A stretch of 64,000 nucleotides of DNA from the NCBI GenBank assembly GCA_903893485.1, contig CAITMK010000008.1, positions 10,612 through 74,611 of the forward strand, given 5' to 3'. Within the stretch, counting starts at the first letter, position 1. Every line of letters starts with the position of its first letter. A program made the position numbers and the translations under genes. Below are positions 38,467-47,847 of the stretch, one piece after another. The DNA comes from Candidatus Magasanikiibacteriota bacterium. Lineage in GTDB: Bacteria > Patescibacteriota > Patescibacteriia > Magasanikbacterales > 2-02-FULL-50-9b. The notes beneath the pieces are model-generated. The model made no database searches. It was given only the letters and a program-made list of their open reading frames with translations, and was not told the origin of the DNA.

Positions 38467-38523
38467 TGTTTCACGTGAAACATAAGAAAAAATGGTCGAA
38501 AATCTATGGTTTCACGTGAAACA
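38467..38523. promoter_or_regulatory. Two parS centromere sites
   Basis: Perfect TGTTTCACGTGAAACA 38467-82 and GGTTTCACGTGAAACA 38508-23, ~17 kb from oriC. Confidence 0.9.
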
Positions 38524-38853
38524 TCCCATAACCTATCTGACGATTTTATAGCTGGAATAATTTCGGTTTCAGGTAGTTTTCTTCATACAAAAACTGCACG
38601 CGTAGAACAATTTGGTTTTCAAATAAAAACACCAAAAGAAAACTTTGCGCTTCTTGAAATGATACGACTCAGACTTGGCTTAAAAGGATCCGTAAAAATC
38701 TATTCGGCAGATGGATCAGAATATGCATTACTTATTACAAGATCAAAAAAAGAGCTTTTGAACAAAATAATTCCATTTGTTGAACATAAACTACTTGGAA
38801 TTAAGCTAAATCAATATTTAAATTGGAAAGATAAACTCCAATCTATTTTATAG
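38506..38853 (+). CDS. Single-domain LAGLIDADG-like protein, catalytically degenerate
   Basis: DDFIAGIISVSGSF resembles the LAGLIDADG helix; F.I....LLE.I...LG..G.V; IIPF....L.G.K...Y..W tail. Confidence 0.65.
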   Translation: MVSRETSHNLSDDFIAGIISVSGSFLHTKTARVEQFGFQIKTPKENFALLEMIRLRLGLKGSVKIYSADGSEYALLITRSKKELLNKIIPFVEHKLLGIKLNQYLNWKDKLQSIL

Positions 38854-38962
38854 TTCTGTATAGAACTATAAAATATTCAGGTACAAAATTACTTCTTTAG
38901 CAGATAACGAAAGTTGGACGATGATGTCGTCCAACTTTGGCAAACTATTAAAGAAGTATTTT

Positions 38963-39038
38963 TGGTGCCCCCGAGAGGATTTGAACCTCTATTAACCCCT
39001 TAGGACGGGGCAGTTCTATCCAGTTGAACTACAGGGAC
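38963..39038 (-). tRNA. tRNA-Arg(CCT)
   Basis: GTCCCTGTAGTTCAACTGGATAGAACTGCCCCGTCCTAAGGGGT...GGTTCAAATCCTCTCGGGGGCACCA. Confidence 0.93.
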
Positions 39039-39039
39039 G

Positions 39040-39071
39040 TGTGGATAACTCTGTGGATTGGGTGTTGATAA
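39040..39071. promoter_or_regulatory. DnaA box cluster between tRNA-Arg and rmuC
   Basis: TGTGGATAA 39040-48 (perfect), TGTGGATTG 39052-60, TGTTGATAA 39063-71. Confidence 0.55.
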
Positions 39072-39121
39072 CCGAACAAAAACCAAACGAAAAACTTTTT
39101 TGTGCTATACTTGTATATACT

Positions 39122-40186
39122 ATGTTGGAAACCGCACTTCTCATCGTTTTTGCCTTACTCATCACTGTTTTGCTTGCACTACTATATCGTTTATACCAGA
39201 AAAATCAAGAGGCTGGATCAGCGCAGACAAATAATCTAGAGCACCGTTTTGAACAGACCATGAGTACCGTATTACAACAACTTAATGCGACAACTCGCCA
39301 AGTAAATGACCGCTTAAAGGAAAATTCAGAGGTCTTACATCGTTCACAGCAAACAATCGGCGAACGCTTAGACAACAGCCAACGTGCATATGCGGCTGTT
39401 ACCAACAAATTATCAGAACTTCAGGAAGCAAACAAACGAATTTACGACGTGGGTAAAGATATTTCATCCCTTCAGGAAATTTTGCGTTCGCCAAAGCTTC
39501 GTGGAACAATTGGTGAATTATTTTTAGGCAACTTACTCGCTCAAATCCTGCCACCAGATCATTACACTGAACAACATCGGTTTCAGAGCGGCGAAGTTGT
39601 GGATGCCGTCGTTAAACTGCGCGACAACATGTTAGTTCCAGTAGATTCAAAATTTCCACTCGAAAATTTTCAAAAAATGTTATCGGCGCCAGAGGATGAC
39701 AAAGAATCCTTCCGCAAAATGTTTGTAAACGACGTAAAAAAACACATCGATAAAATTGCAAAACAATATATTTTGCCGGACGAGGGCACGCTGAATATTG
39801 CGCTCATGTATATTCCTGCGGAAAATGTGTACTACGAAACGATCGTGAAGGGAATTGAGGAAAATGATTTGGTGCATTATGCGCATGCAAAAAACGTAAT
39901 TCCAGTTTCCCCAAACAGCCTTTATGTATACCTGCAAACTATTTTGCTTGGCTTGCGCGGTATGCAAATCGAACAATCAGCACGCGAGATGATGCAAAAT
40001 CTGTCACGTTTGAAAGGCGATCTTGAACGATTCAACGGTGACTATATGCTTGTTGGAAAACATCTGACCAATGCTGGTCGCGCATTCGATGACTCACGAA
40101 AACGCTTGGAAAAATTTGATACGAAATTTGAAAAAGTTGCACAAGTGGAATTAGCAGAGACGCCGATCGTACTAATCGAGGAATAA
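39122..40186 (+). CDS. rmuC: DNA recombination protein RmuC
   Basis: N-terminal TM, coiled coil, PKLRGTIGE, PVDSKFP, ALMYIPAENVY, VSPNSL. Confidence 0.92.
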   Translation: MLETALLIVFALLITVLLALLYRLYQKNQEAGSAQTNNLEHRFEQTMSTVLQQLNATTRQVNDRLKENSEVLHRSQQTIGERLDNSQRAYAAVTNKLSELQEANKRIYDVGKDISSLQEILRSPKLRGTIGELFLGNLLAQILPPDHYTEQHRFQSGEVVDAVVKLRDNMLVPVDSKFPLENFQKMLSAPEDDKESFRKMFVNDVKKHIDKIAKQYILPDEGTLNIALMYIPAENVYYETIVKGIEENDLVHYAHAKNVIPVSPNSLYVYLQTILLGLRGMQIEQSAREMMQNLSRLKGDLERFNGDYMLVGKHLTNAGRAFDDSRKRLEKFDTKFEKVAQVELAETPIVLIEE

Positions 40187-40190
40187 AAAA

Positions 40191-40349
40191 GTTCTGATAC
40201 TGACCACTCATGTGTTGACCTCAGTGCGCACATCGCACACTCCGATGCAATATCCCAGAAAGACCGGGGTGCAAACATGGTTTGGAGTGATTGAGTTAGC
40301 GGTTCCCTTAGGTTAAAAGGCCCGGACAGCTTGTGATCAGTATCAGAAC
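40191..40349 (-). ncRNA. Probable 6S RNA (ssrS-like)
   Basis: 159-nt rod with closing stem GTTCTGATACTGATCAC/GTGGTCAGTATCAGAAC, central bubble, apical stem; promoter TTGACA(40383-78)-17-TATTAT(40360-55) puts TSS at the stem start; T tract follows. Confidence 0.7.
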
Positions 40350-40394
40350 AAATAATAATATCATAAAAAAGAGGCCTTGTCAATATGCGCAAAC

Positions 40395-40426
40395 AAAAAA
40401 TCCCGGACGCTAGCCCGGGATTTTTC
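40395..40426 (-). terminator. Intrinsic terminator of rpsT
   Basis: AAAAAATCCCGG-loop-CCGGGATTTTT hairpin. Confidence 0.7.
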
Positions 40427-40434
40427 TTTTCGCT

Positions 40435-40695
40435 TTAAAGTGATTTCAACTTTTTAGCTAAGCGTGATTTTAAGCGCGCTGCTTTGTTGGCGTGGATTAC
40501 GCCGCGCTTTGCGGCCTTGTCCAATGCCTGCTGCAAACTACGAGCTGCTGATGATGCTTCAATTTTGTTTTTAGCATCTACTGCAACGCGAGCTGCTTTT
40601 TTCAATTTACGAACACCGTCACGAATTGCTTCGTTGCGGATGAACGCTTTTTTTGACTTACGTAACGCTTTTTTTGCTTGTTCAAGATTTGGCAT
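40435..40695 (-). CDS. rpsT: 30S ribosomal protein S20
   Basis: MPNLEQAKKALR...LDKAAKRGVIHANKAARLKSRL. Confidence 0.96.
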   Translation of the reverse strand: MPNLEQAKKALRKSKKAFIRNEAIRDGVRKLKKAARVAVDAKNKIEASSAARSLQQALDKAAKRGVIHANKAARLKSRLAKKLKSL

Positions 40696-40744
40696 AATTA
40701 TTCAATGGAGAGCATGGAATATGTTTTTGCGTGAGGGAAGCATA

Positions 40745-41707
40745 TCACGCAGCCACAAACTTGTCAATTAGCATGCGAGGGTCCGCGGAACCGTGTTTGA
40801 TGGCGTAATCAATGTCGATCAGCCGATCGTACCACAAAACCAAATCGGCGCGAGCGGCCCGGCGGGCAGCACCAATAATTTTTTTGCCCACAAACGGATG
40901 CACGCCCATTTTTGCGGCGGCGGTTTCTTCGTGCAGGGCGGGGTTATCGGCGATTAAATCATGGGCCTCGAACATGAGCCGCGCCTGACGATGCAACATT
41001 GCAAACACATATACAGGATCATTATCCACGTACCAAACCTGGGCTAACAATTCCATGGCATGCTTTTTTTTGCCCTGAGCCAACTCATCCATGGCGGCAA
41101 AAATTGTGTTTTCAATATCAGGCGTTAAAAAAATATCTAAATCTTTGTCATTGATTGGCCGCGCGGCACCAACATATGCGGTTAGCATTTCAATCAAATT
41201 TGAAAGCTCAAAATTGTTTGCAACGCGGCGAGATAGGGAATCGGCCGCTGAGTTAGTAATTGTCGCACCGCGCGCCGCAACCTCGCGCACAATAAAATCA
41301 ACGCGGTTTTTCCCTTCGAATGCTGCAAATTCCTGAGCAAACTTGCCTTGAGTCAGACGCGCATGCAGCGCTTCGTTAGAATTCTTAGATTTTTTAACTG
41401 GTTCTTCCTCCCACAAAACAATAATTGTGTCTTCCGGCGGTTCATTGTCCAAAAATCGTACGGCAAACCAGGTCAATAATTCTGCATCGCCCAATTCGAG
41501 CATGCGCTCGACCACCACCATGCGCTTAGGAGCCAGAAATGGCGCTGTGAGAAGTTCTGAGCGAATATCCGTCGACTCATTCGCACCCACCACAACTCGC
41601 TTCACGTTGAGGCGCTGAGGGTCTCGCTCGCGATAAAATTTCTCGATGAGTTTATCGAGATGCTCGCGCGAGCGTTTGGTATCGGTACCGTATAAATACA
41701 AAATCAT
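40745..41707 (-). CDS. holA: DNA polymerase III delta subunit
   Basis: MILYLYGTD, TAPFLAPKRMVVVE, GVHPFV, IDYAIKHG; holA-rpsT synteny. Confidence 0.88.
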   Translation of the reverse strand: MILYLYGTDTKRSREHLDKLIEKFYRERDPQRLNVKRVVVGANESTDIRSELLTAPFLAPKRMVVVERMLELGDAELLTWFAVRFLDNEPPEDTIIVLWEEEPVKKSKNSNEALHARLTQGKFAQEFAAFEGKNRVDFIVREVAARGATITNSAADSLSRRVANNFELSNLIEMLTAYVGAARPINDKDLDIFLTPDIENTIFAAMDELAQGKKKHAMELLAQVWYVDNDPVYVFAMLHRQARLMFEAHDLIADNPALHEETAAAKMGVHPFVGKKIIGAARRAARADLVLWYDRLIDIDYAIKHGSADPRMLIDKFVAA

Positions 41708-41796
41708 GGTGGCATCTTACAACATGGGGCGGGGATTGACAAAAAGCCGAATTTCTAATAGTCTTGCCTCCAGGCATCACACAAGGAGATATTGCC

Positions 41797-42378
41797 ATGA
41801 CAGCAGAACACAATTTCGCAGGCGCATCGAGCGCATACTCACTTGTGGGACGTATCGTCGATATGCTTCACACATGCGCGCAAGGTAGAAAGGCTGCCAC
41901 GCTCATCGAGAGAAACCTCGATCTAATCCACCGTCTACTGCGGACAATCCGCGCGGTTGCCGAACTCGAAGCCGTCGGACCGAACTACGGTAACGATCCG
42001 ATGGAGGTATCGTACACGAGCGCCACCGGCGAGTCTGTGAAAGAACGTGTTTGGCTCGGCGCCATCCGGCTCAGTGACGTTTACAGCGATGCTGGGCGTG
42101 GCCGTTCACTCGACGAATTTAATCCAGAACAAACGCGCACGATGCTGCAATTGCTCGATGTCCGATTCGCAAACGAGCACCACTGGAAAGCGCTCGCGAA
42201 CGAAACGAGCGAGCCGTGGCGTTGGCAACAATACCTGATCTTCGACGACGCACGCATCCTCGTGCCGATGAAGCAGGAAGTCCCCGCGCTGCAAGCACAC
42301 CCATGTACCAACAACACCGTGCCGAACATCGACTTTTACCCCTGCATCATCATCGTGCTGAAGTTGGAGCCGATGTAG
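41797..42378 (+). CDS. Hypothetical protein (GC-rich unit)
   Basis: AAGGAG SD; promoter TTGACA 41736-41/TAGTCT 41759-64. Confidence 0.75.
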   Translation: MTAEHNFAGASSAYSLVGRIVDMLHTCAQGRKAATLIERNLDLIHRLLRTIRAVAELEAVGPNYGNDPMEVSYTSATGESVKERVWLGAIRLSDVYSDAGRGRSLDEFNPEQTRTMLQLLDVRFANEHHWKALANETSEPWRWQQYLIFDDARILVPMKQEVPALQAHPCTNNTVPNIDFYPCIIIVLKLEPM

Positions 42379-42396
42379 CTAGCAGCGAAACATGCG

Positions 42397-42451
42397 GTCC
42401 GTCCGGATCTGAGTCCATCACTTGGGGCTCTCCGGACGGCGTTTTTATTTT
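42397..42451 (+). repeat. 55-bp hairpin/terminator repeat copy 1
   Basis: 51/55 identical to 43202-43256. Confidence 0.9.
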
Positions 42452-42551
42452 GACAAGCTATGAGGATTGACAGAAACTGTATTTTGCAGTAGTCTTTTCC
42501 CATGCCTGTAGCAAATTGCTGCACACATCCCAACATCGCGTGAGGCTATCA

Positions 42552-43193
42552 ATGAGCAATCCTGTTTGGCTTTTTCTTCACCACATTCGCCCTTATCTGT
42601 TCGAGGTCGAGACGCTTGATCCGAAAAACCTGAAATCAGTCGCGGCGGCGCTGAACCTTGTCGATCGGTTCAATCAGATCAGTGAGCACGCGCTGCACGA
42701 GCATTTCAGCACCGTCGATCCGAGCGCCAACGATTCGCAGGAATTGCGGATGTTCCACAACTTGTTGAAGTCGCTGCTCGAAGTGATGCCGCGGCACCCT
42801 GAACTGACCGCGACCTACAACAAAGTGTTTGGCGTTTACGTGATGCTGTTCGAACACCAGCACGACGAATACGGCAAGCGCGGCGCTGAGCGGATCGTCG
42901 AGATGCTGAAACCTGAGAACTTTCAACACAACATCGAGGCTTGGCCGATTTACCACAAAGCGATCATCCTCGCCGTGTGGGCATTCGTGAGGCGTGCAAA
43001 GACAACCCTGAGTCCGCACAACGATGATACCATTCCGCTGAAAATCACGGCGGTGGAACTTGTGCTGAGAACGATCGATCCCGACATGTCAGCTGCCGCA
43101 AAGATGAGGCGTATGAGCGAATATGGCCTGGATCATACGTACCGGCTCTACCAGTTTCACCACCATGAATCGGCGAGCACGACGCCGCAGTAG
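42552..43193 (+). CDS. Hypothetical helical protein (GC-rich unit)
   Basis: GAGG SD; promoter TTGACA 42467-72/TAGTCT 42490-95. Confidence 0.75.
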   Translation: MSNPVWLFLHHIRPYLFEVETLDPKNLKSVAAALNLVDRFNQISEHALHEHFSTVDPSANDSQELRMFHNLLKSLLEVMPRHPELTATYNKVFGVYVMLFEHQHDEYGKRGAERIVEMLKPENFQHNIEAWPIYHKAIILAVWAFVRRAKTTLSPHNDDTIPLKITAVELVLRTIDPDMSAAAKMRRMSEYGLDHTYRLYQFHHHESASTTPQ

Positions 43194-43201
43194 TCGAACT
43201 A

Positions 43202-43256
43202 GTCCGTCCGGATTTGAGCCCAGCATTTGGGGCTCTCCGGACGGCGTTTTATTTTA
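43202..43256 (+). repeat. 55-bp hairpin/terminator repeat copy 2
   Basis: CCGTCCGGA...TCCGGACGG + CGTTTTTATTTT; overlaps the polA stop. Confidence 0.9.
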
Positions 43257-45965
43257 ATCCAAATCTGCCCAACTGTTTCCAATCGCACTATCAACTTTCA
43301 GTGGCACGCTCAATTTCGCAACGCCATTCATAATTTCAACAATCTTTGGCGCCAAATCTTTAACCAACTTTTCTTCAATCTCAAAAATCAATTCATCATG
43401 TACCTGCAAAATCATGCGAGCAGGGCAGGCGCGTTCCGCAGCGGTTAGGCTAAACCCAAATCCATATTCGCGCACCAAAAATTCATCAACCGCAATCATC
43501 GCTTTTTTCACAATGTCAGCTTGCGTTCCTTGAATTGGCATGTTCACTGCCATGCGATCTGCGGCGGCGCGCACACCAGCCACGCCGGAATGCATTTCTG
43601 GCATATAGCGACGGCGACCAAACATGGTTTCAACGTATCCATTCTCACGCGCAAATTTTTTAATGCCTTCGACGTACGCTGCAACACCAGTAAACGTTGC
43701 AAAATATTTTTCAATAAACGCGCGTGCCTCACTTTGTGAAATACCCGTGCGCTCTGCCAAACCCCACGCACCCATTCCATACAAAACACCAAAGTTAACT
43801 TCCTTTGCGGAAAAACGCATTTCTTTAGTCACCTGATCGAGCGGCACACCATGAATTTCTGCGGCCGTTGCTTTATGAACGTCTTCGCCTTTTTCAAAAA
43901 TTTCAATTAATTTTTTATCCTGTGCTAAGTGTGCAACAATGCGCAATTCAATTTGCGAATAATCGCACGACAACAATTTGTATCCATCGGCTGCAATAAA
44001 CGCACGACGAATATCGCGGCCCAATTCACTACGCACCGGAATGTTTTGCAAATTTGGATTCGATGATGACAAGCGACCAGTTGCAACAACAACTTGATTG
44101 TAACTGGTATGCACACGACCGTCTTGCGCAATTAATTTTGGCAACGCGTCGACATAGGTCGATAATAATTTTGCAACTTCACGATGTTCCAAAATCGCAT
44201 CAATAATTTCGTGCGTGCCTTTTAATTTTTCAAGTTCGCCGGCGGCGGTTGAAATTCCAGTTTTTCCGCGCTTAATTCCAAATGTTGATAATTTTAATTC
44301 TTCAAATAAAACTTCGGAAACTTGTTGTGGCGATGCAATGTTAAATTCATGGCCTGCGAATCCATACACGCGCGCGGTAATTTTTTCTTGGCGCGCGGTT
44401 AAGTCAACATGTAATTTTTCCAAATATTTTGGATCAACTAAAACGCCATAACGTTCCATGCGCGTGAGTGGTGCAACGAGTGGCATTTCAATATCCGTAA
44501 ATAATGCCATCTGATTTTTTTCTTCCATGTCCGCACCTAATTTTTCTGCGATACGTGCAACACGTGCTGCAGCACGCGCAACAGTTGCACCATCCGCAGT
44601 TGTCCATTCAGCCACCGGCACGTCTTCGCCTAAAATTGTAATCACCAAATTTGGTAAATCATGTGCGCGTGTTCCGGCTTGCAATAAATATGCCGCAACC
44701 ATAATGTCAAAAAACTTTCCCGCAACGGTGATGCCATGCATCGCAAGTTCGTGCATTAATTGTTTAACATCGTGGGCCACAACACCAACGCGCTTATCCA
44801 TAAACAATGGACCGAGCGCATCCCACTGCGATTCCTCGCGCACTTCAACTGCAGCCTGATTGTCGCCATACGAAAATCCAAAGAACGCAACTGATCCTGC
44901 AAACAAATCTTGTTGCGCAACGCGCATAAAATGCACTGCAATTTTTGGTTGGTCTTGAAGTTTTGCAACCAACGCATGTGTGCTTGCTGCATCGCGTGCA
45001 ACAACTATTTTTTTTGCGGGTGTAGATTTTTTTGGTGCTTCTGCAGCTGGCGCATCTTTGCTTCCTGGTAATCGATTTAACAAAGATAAAAATTCAAACT
45101 TTTGCAAAACAGGAAAAATTTCATCGCGTGTAATTCCATCGAATGCGCATTCATCAAAATTAAAATCAATTGGCACATTGCGTACAATCGTAACCAACTC
45201 CTTACTAAGGAGTGCATCTGATTTGTGCTCGAGTAAAACTTTTTGCACACGCGCACTCAATCCTTCTGCAACTTTTTCATGTGCAGCAGCCAACTCCAAT
45301 TTCTCGTATAAATTTTCAATGGTCCCAAAATATTTAATAAGTTCCATGCCTGTTTTTTCGCCAATACCTTTTACGCCTTTAATATTATCAGACGTATCAC
45401 CACGAAGTGCTTTGTAATCGATCATCTGAGGTGGTTCAAAACCAAAACGTTCGTGCACCGCTGCCGCGTCGTAAGTTACGGTGTCATTAATACCTTTGCG
45501 CATGGTGTACACCACGGTATTTTTGTCTACCAACTGAAGTGTATCCATATCACCAGTCACAATAACTTTTTTTGCGTGAGGCGCTTCGGTTACAATCGTA
45601 CCGATCACATCATCAGCCTCAAAACCTTTTTTTTCGTACACCGGAATTTTTGCAGCTGCTAAAAATTCTTTGATAAAAGGAATTTGCGCATACAATTCAT
45701 CCGGTGCTTTTGTACGCGTTGCTTTATATTCTGCATACGCTTCATTGCGAAATGTCCCACCAGCCACATCAAAGGTAACTACCACGTGCGTTGGTTTAAC
45801 ATCTTTTATCGCTTTAAAAAGTGTGGTGATAAAGCCGTACACTGCATTTACCAAAACCCCGTCTTTCGTTGCCAAAGGAGGAATTGCATGAAAACATCGA
45901 TGTACCATTGCGTTCCCATCGATAATCATGAGCTTATTTTCTGAGGTTTTTGGAGTTTGAGCCAT
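43254..45965 (-). CDS. polA: DNA polymerase I
   Basis: IIDGNAMVHR, EADDVIG, RLSSSNPNLQNIP, DYSQIELR, KEVNFGVLYG, QVHDEL. Confidence 0.97.
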   Translation of the reverse strand: MAQTPKTSENKLMIIDGNAMVHRCFHAIPPLATKDGVLVNAVYGFITTLFKAIKDVKPTHVVVTFDVAGGTFRNEAYAEYKATRTKAPDELYAQIPFIKEFLAAAKIPVYEKKGFEADDVIGTIVTEAPHAKKVIVTGDMDTLQLVDKNTVVYTMRKGINDTVTYDAAAVHERFGFEPPQMIDYKALRGDTSDNIKGVKGIGEKTGMELIKYFGTIENLYEKLELAAAHEKVAEGLSARVQKVLLEHKSDALLSKELVTIVRNVPIDFNFDECAFDGITRDEIFPVLQKFEFLSLLNRLPGSKDAPAAEAPKKSTPAKKIVVARDAASTHALVAKLQDQPKIAVHFMRVAQQDLFAGSVAFFGFSYGDNQAAVEVREESQWDALGPLFMDKRVGVVAHDVKQLMHELAMHGITVAGKFFDIMVAAYLLQAGTRAHDLPNLVITILGEDVPVAEWTTADGATVARAAARVARIAEKLGADMEEKNQMALFTDIEMPLVAPLTRMERYGVLVDPKYLEKLHVDLTARQEKITARVYGFAGHEFNIASPQQVSEVLFEELKLSTFGIKRGKTGISTAAGELEKLKGTHEIIDAILEHREVAKLLSTYVDALPKLIAQDGRVHTSYNQVVVATGRLSSSNPNLQNIPVRSELGRDIRRAFIAADGYKLLSCDYSQIELRIVAHLAQDKKLIEIFEKGEDVHKATAAEIHGVPLDQVTKEMRFSAKEVNFGVLYGMGAWGLAERTGISQSEARAFIEKYFATFTGVAAYVEGIKKFARENGYVETMFGRRRYMPEMHSGVAGVRAAADRMAVNMPIQGTQADIVKKAMIAVDEFLVREYGFGFSLTAAERACPARMILQVHDELIFEIEEKLVKDLAPKIVEIMNGVAKLSVPLKVDSAIGNSWADLD

Positions 45966-46064
45966 AGTAATGGGTAGTGTAGCAGCTCTTCAGGTATAAA
46001 AAAAGCCCTCAGACCGCCACGGTATTATGGCAGTCCAAGGGGAAGAAAACGTCTGCTGATTGGT

Positions 46065-46859
46065 TCACGAAGCTTCGGGATTCGGCAATTCTTTGTAAAT
46101 CACCCGGACATCATCACGGTCTGCGCCGACAACGTGATATATGGCTTTCAATTGGCCGTCTTTAGCCGAGCAGTACCCACGCAAAATGCCGGTGAGCGTC
46201 TTTGCAGAATCTTCGACTGGCTCAAAAGCAAACTCGGTACCGTATATATTAGACTGCGTAACACGGCCAAAAATGGTTTCACCCTCCGCATTTGAACAAG
46301 CCAAGATTTCGGATCCGTCTTTGCAGGGAACCGTGGCCAAAAATCCGCGCTTAGCGAGCCGCTTGCCCGTTTCTGCCGAATATTTGAGCGCCATCCATGC
46401 GCCTTCAAAACGCCAGAACAGCCGGGTACTCGTTGAACGGATCACCATGCCGTTCACCAGCGTGTAGTCGATCGCCGGCTCATCCCACTTGAGCGGATGA
46501 TGTACGCCCGGTTCGTAACACCGCCTCGCCGACGTATAAGTTCCCAGTCCGGCATACACACGCGGCAAGGCCTGATTACTCAAATCACCAAGAGCGCCAA
46601 CAAGATCGCGCCACACAAGAATGGCTGGCAAGTGATTAGCCTGCACCTTTCCTGAGAGTGTCACGAAAATTTCTGGCGAAAACTCTCCCTTTTGCGGTGA
46701 AATTACAAGCCGAGAAAGTGTCGTACCGGCAAATCCGCGGGGAAGTGCGGTCTCGATAAGCGGCAACAATTGCAACGTCTCCAAACCATCTCCAGGCACA
46801 TTCAAATACAGGCCATGAGCACTCCGCAATAGAGTACCGCCAAATTTTTCCGCTGTCAT
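46065..46859 (-). CDS. Hypothetical protein (self-contained unit)
   Basis: GGAGG SD; promoter TTGACG(46929-24)-17-TATACT(46906-01); hairpin 45996-46042. Confidence 0.75.
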   Translation of the reverse strand: MTAEKFGGTLLRSAHGLYLNVPGDGLETLQLLPLIETALPRGFAGTTLSRLVISPQKGEFSPEIFVTLSGKVQANHLPAILVWRDLVGALGDLSNQALPRVYAGLGTYTSARRCYEPGVHHPLKWDEPAIDYTLVNGMVIRSTSTRLFWRFEGAWMALKYSAETGKRLAKRGFLATVPCKDGSEILACSNAEGETIFGRVTQSNIYGTEFAFEPVEDSAKTLTGILRGYCSAKDGQLKAIYHVVGADRDDVRVIYKELPNPEAS

Positions 46860-46932
46860 GAATCCTCCAAAAGTGAGCCCTACATCACGTAGGGTCAAAA
46901 AGTATATCGTTAATTTGCAAATTCGTCAATCA

Positions 46933-47715
46933 TCACAAACCAATTTGCTTTGAAACAGCCCACAAAGAATTAAACATTGCCTGCATTAATTCAAAATGCT
47001 CACGCGACTTAACCACCAAAACAAAACCCGTGTCGCGACTAGAAATATACATAACTTCTTGGTCATATAAAAATACTGTGGTGCGAAAATGTCCAATCAT
47101 TTCTTTTGGAAGTAAACGCACTTCTGCCAAACCCTTGTACGAATTTGCTAAAATTTTTGGTTCCAATTCTTTTTCCCACAAATGGCGCGTGGTAATTCGA
47201 CGCCCCACACGCTCTGCAACATAGCTCGCAGAAAAAGCCTGTCCAACTTGCCAAAAAAAATTATCGTGTGGCGCAATGGAATCAATGTGCCCACTTTTGC
47301 AATAGAGCGTATCCATGATCGCGCGCTTCATTGCATCTTCACCTTGATAATACAAAACGCCCGGCGCACCTTCATGCGCAATATTATTTTTTTTCAGCGC
47401 CGGAATAAGTGCGGTAACTTCATCTGCAAGCGCTGCTAATTCTTGCTGGCGAATTTTCACCATCGCGGACAACGCCTCTGGCGCTTCTGCTTGAAAACGT
47501 TCTGTGCCCTGTGCCATTTGTTTTGTTATAAGTCCACGATCCAATAATTGGCGGAGTGCATAATACACAGTCGGACGTTTTGCTTTCGTGAGCGTAGTTA
47601 ATTCGCGCGGCGTGAGTGCGCCACGTTCCACCAACATTAAATAAAGCTGAACTTCAGAATCTGAAAGACCGAGGTGTAATAAAACTTCGCGATTATTTTT
47701 ATCTAAATTTTGCAT
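46933..47715 (-). CDS. TrmB-family HTH regulator
   Basis: LGLSDSEVQLYLML...KRPTVYYALRQLLDRGLI...FQAEAPE; YYQGE. Confidence 0.88.
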   Translation of the reverse strand: MQNLDKNNREVLLHLGLSDSEVQLYLMLVERGALTPRELTTLTKAKRPTVYYALRQLLDRGLITKQMAQGTERFQAEAPEALSAMVKIRQQELAALADEVTALIPALKKNNIAHEGAPGVLYYQGEDAMKRAIMDTLYCKSGHIDSIAPHDNFFWQVGQAFSASYVAERVGRRITTRHLWEKELEPKILANSYKGLAEVRLLPKEMIGHFRTTVFLYDQEVMYISSRDTGFVLVVKSREHFELMQAMFNSLWAVSKQIGL

Positions 47716-47847
47716 AATGAGTGATTGAGTGGTGTTGTCTAAGCATTATTAAAACACATTGTACGGCTTAGGACAACCCGGTATGCTGTGGATATGTGAT
47801 GAGAAAGGCTCATCGCACGAAGAGGAGACAAGCGGTAAAGAGGAACC

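Noticed and set aside
38301-38483. ORF beginning MFHVKH
   Set aside because: Translation of the parS palindrome in AT-rich regulatory DNA.
35729-43256. Classical integron (IntI + attC array)
   Set aside because: The recombinase looks Xer-type with no evident IntI insertion, the hairpins lack RYYYAAC/GTTRRRY cores, and the genes carry their own promoters.
46933-47715. Alternative genetic code (TGA=Gly)
   Set aside because: TGA ends several genes at expected lengths (trmB, xer, holA, rnpA) and conserved genes are uninterrupted.
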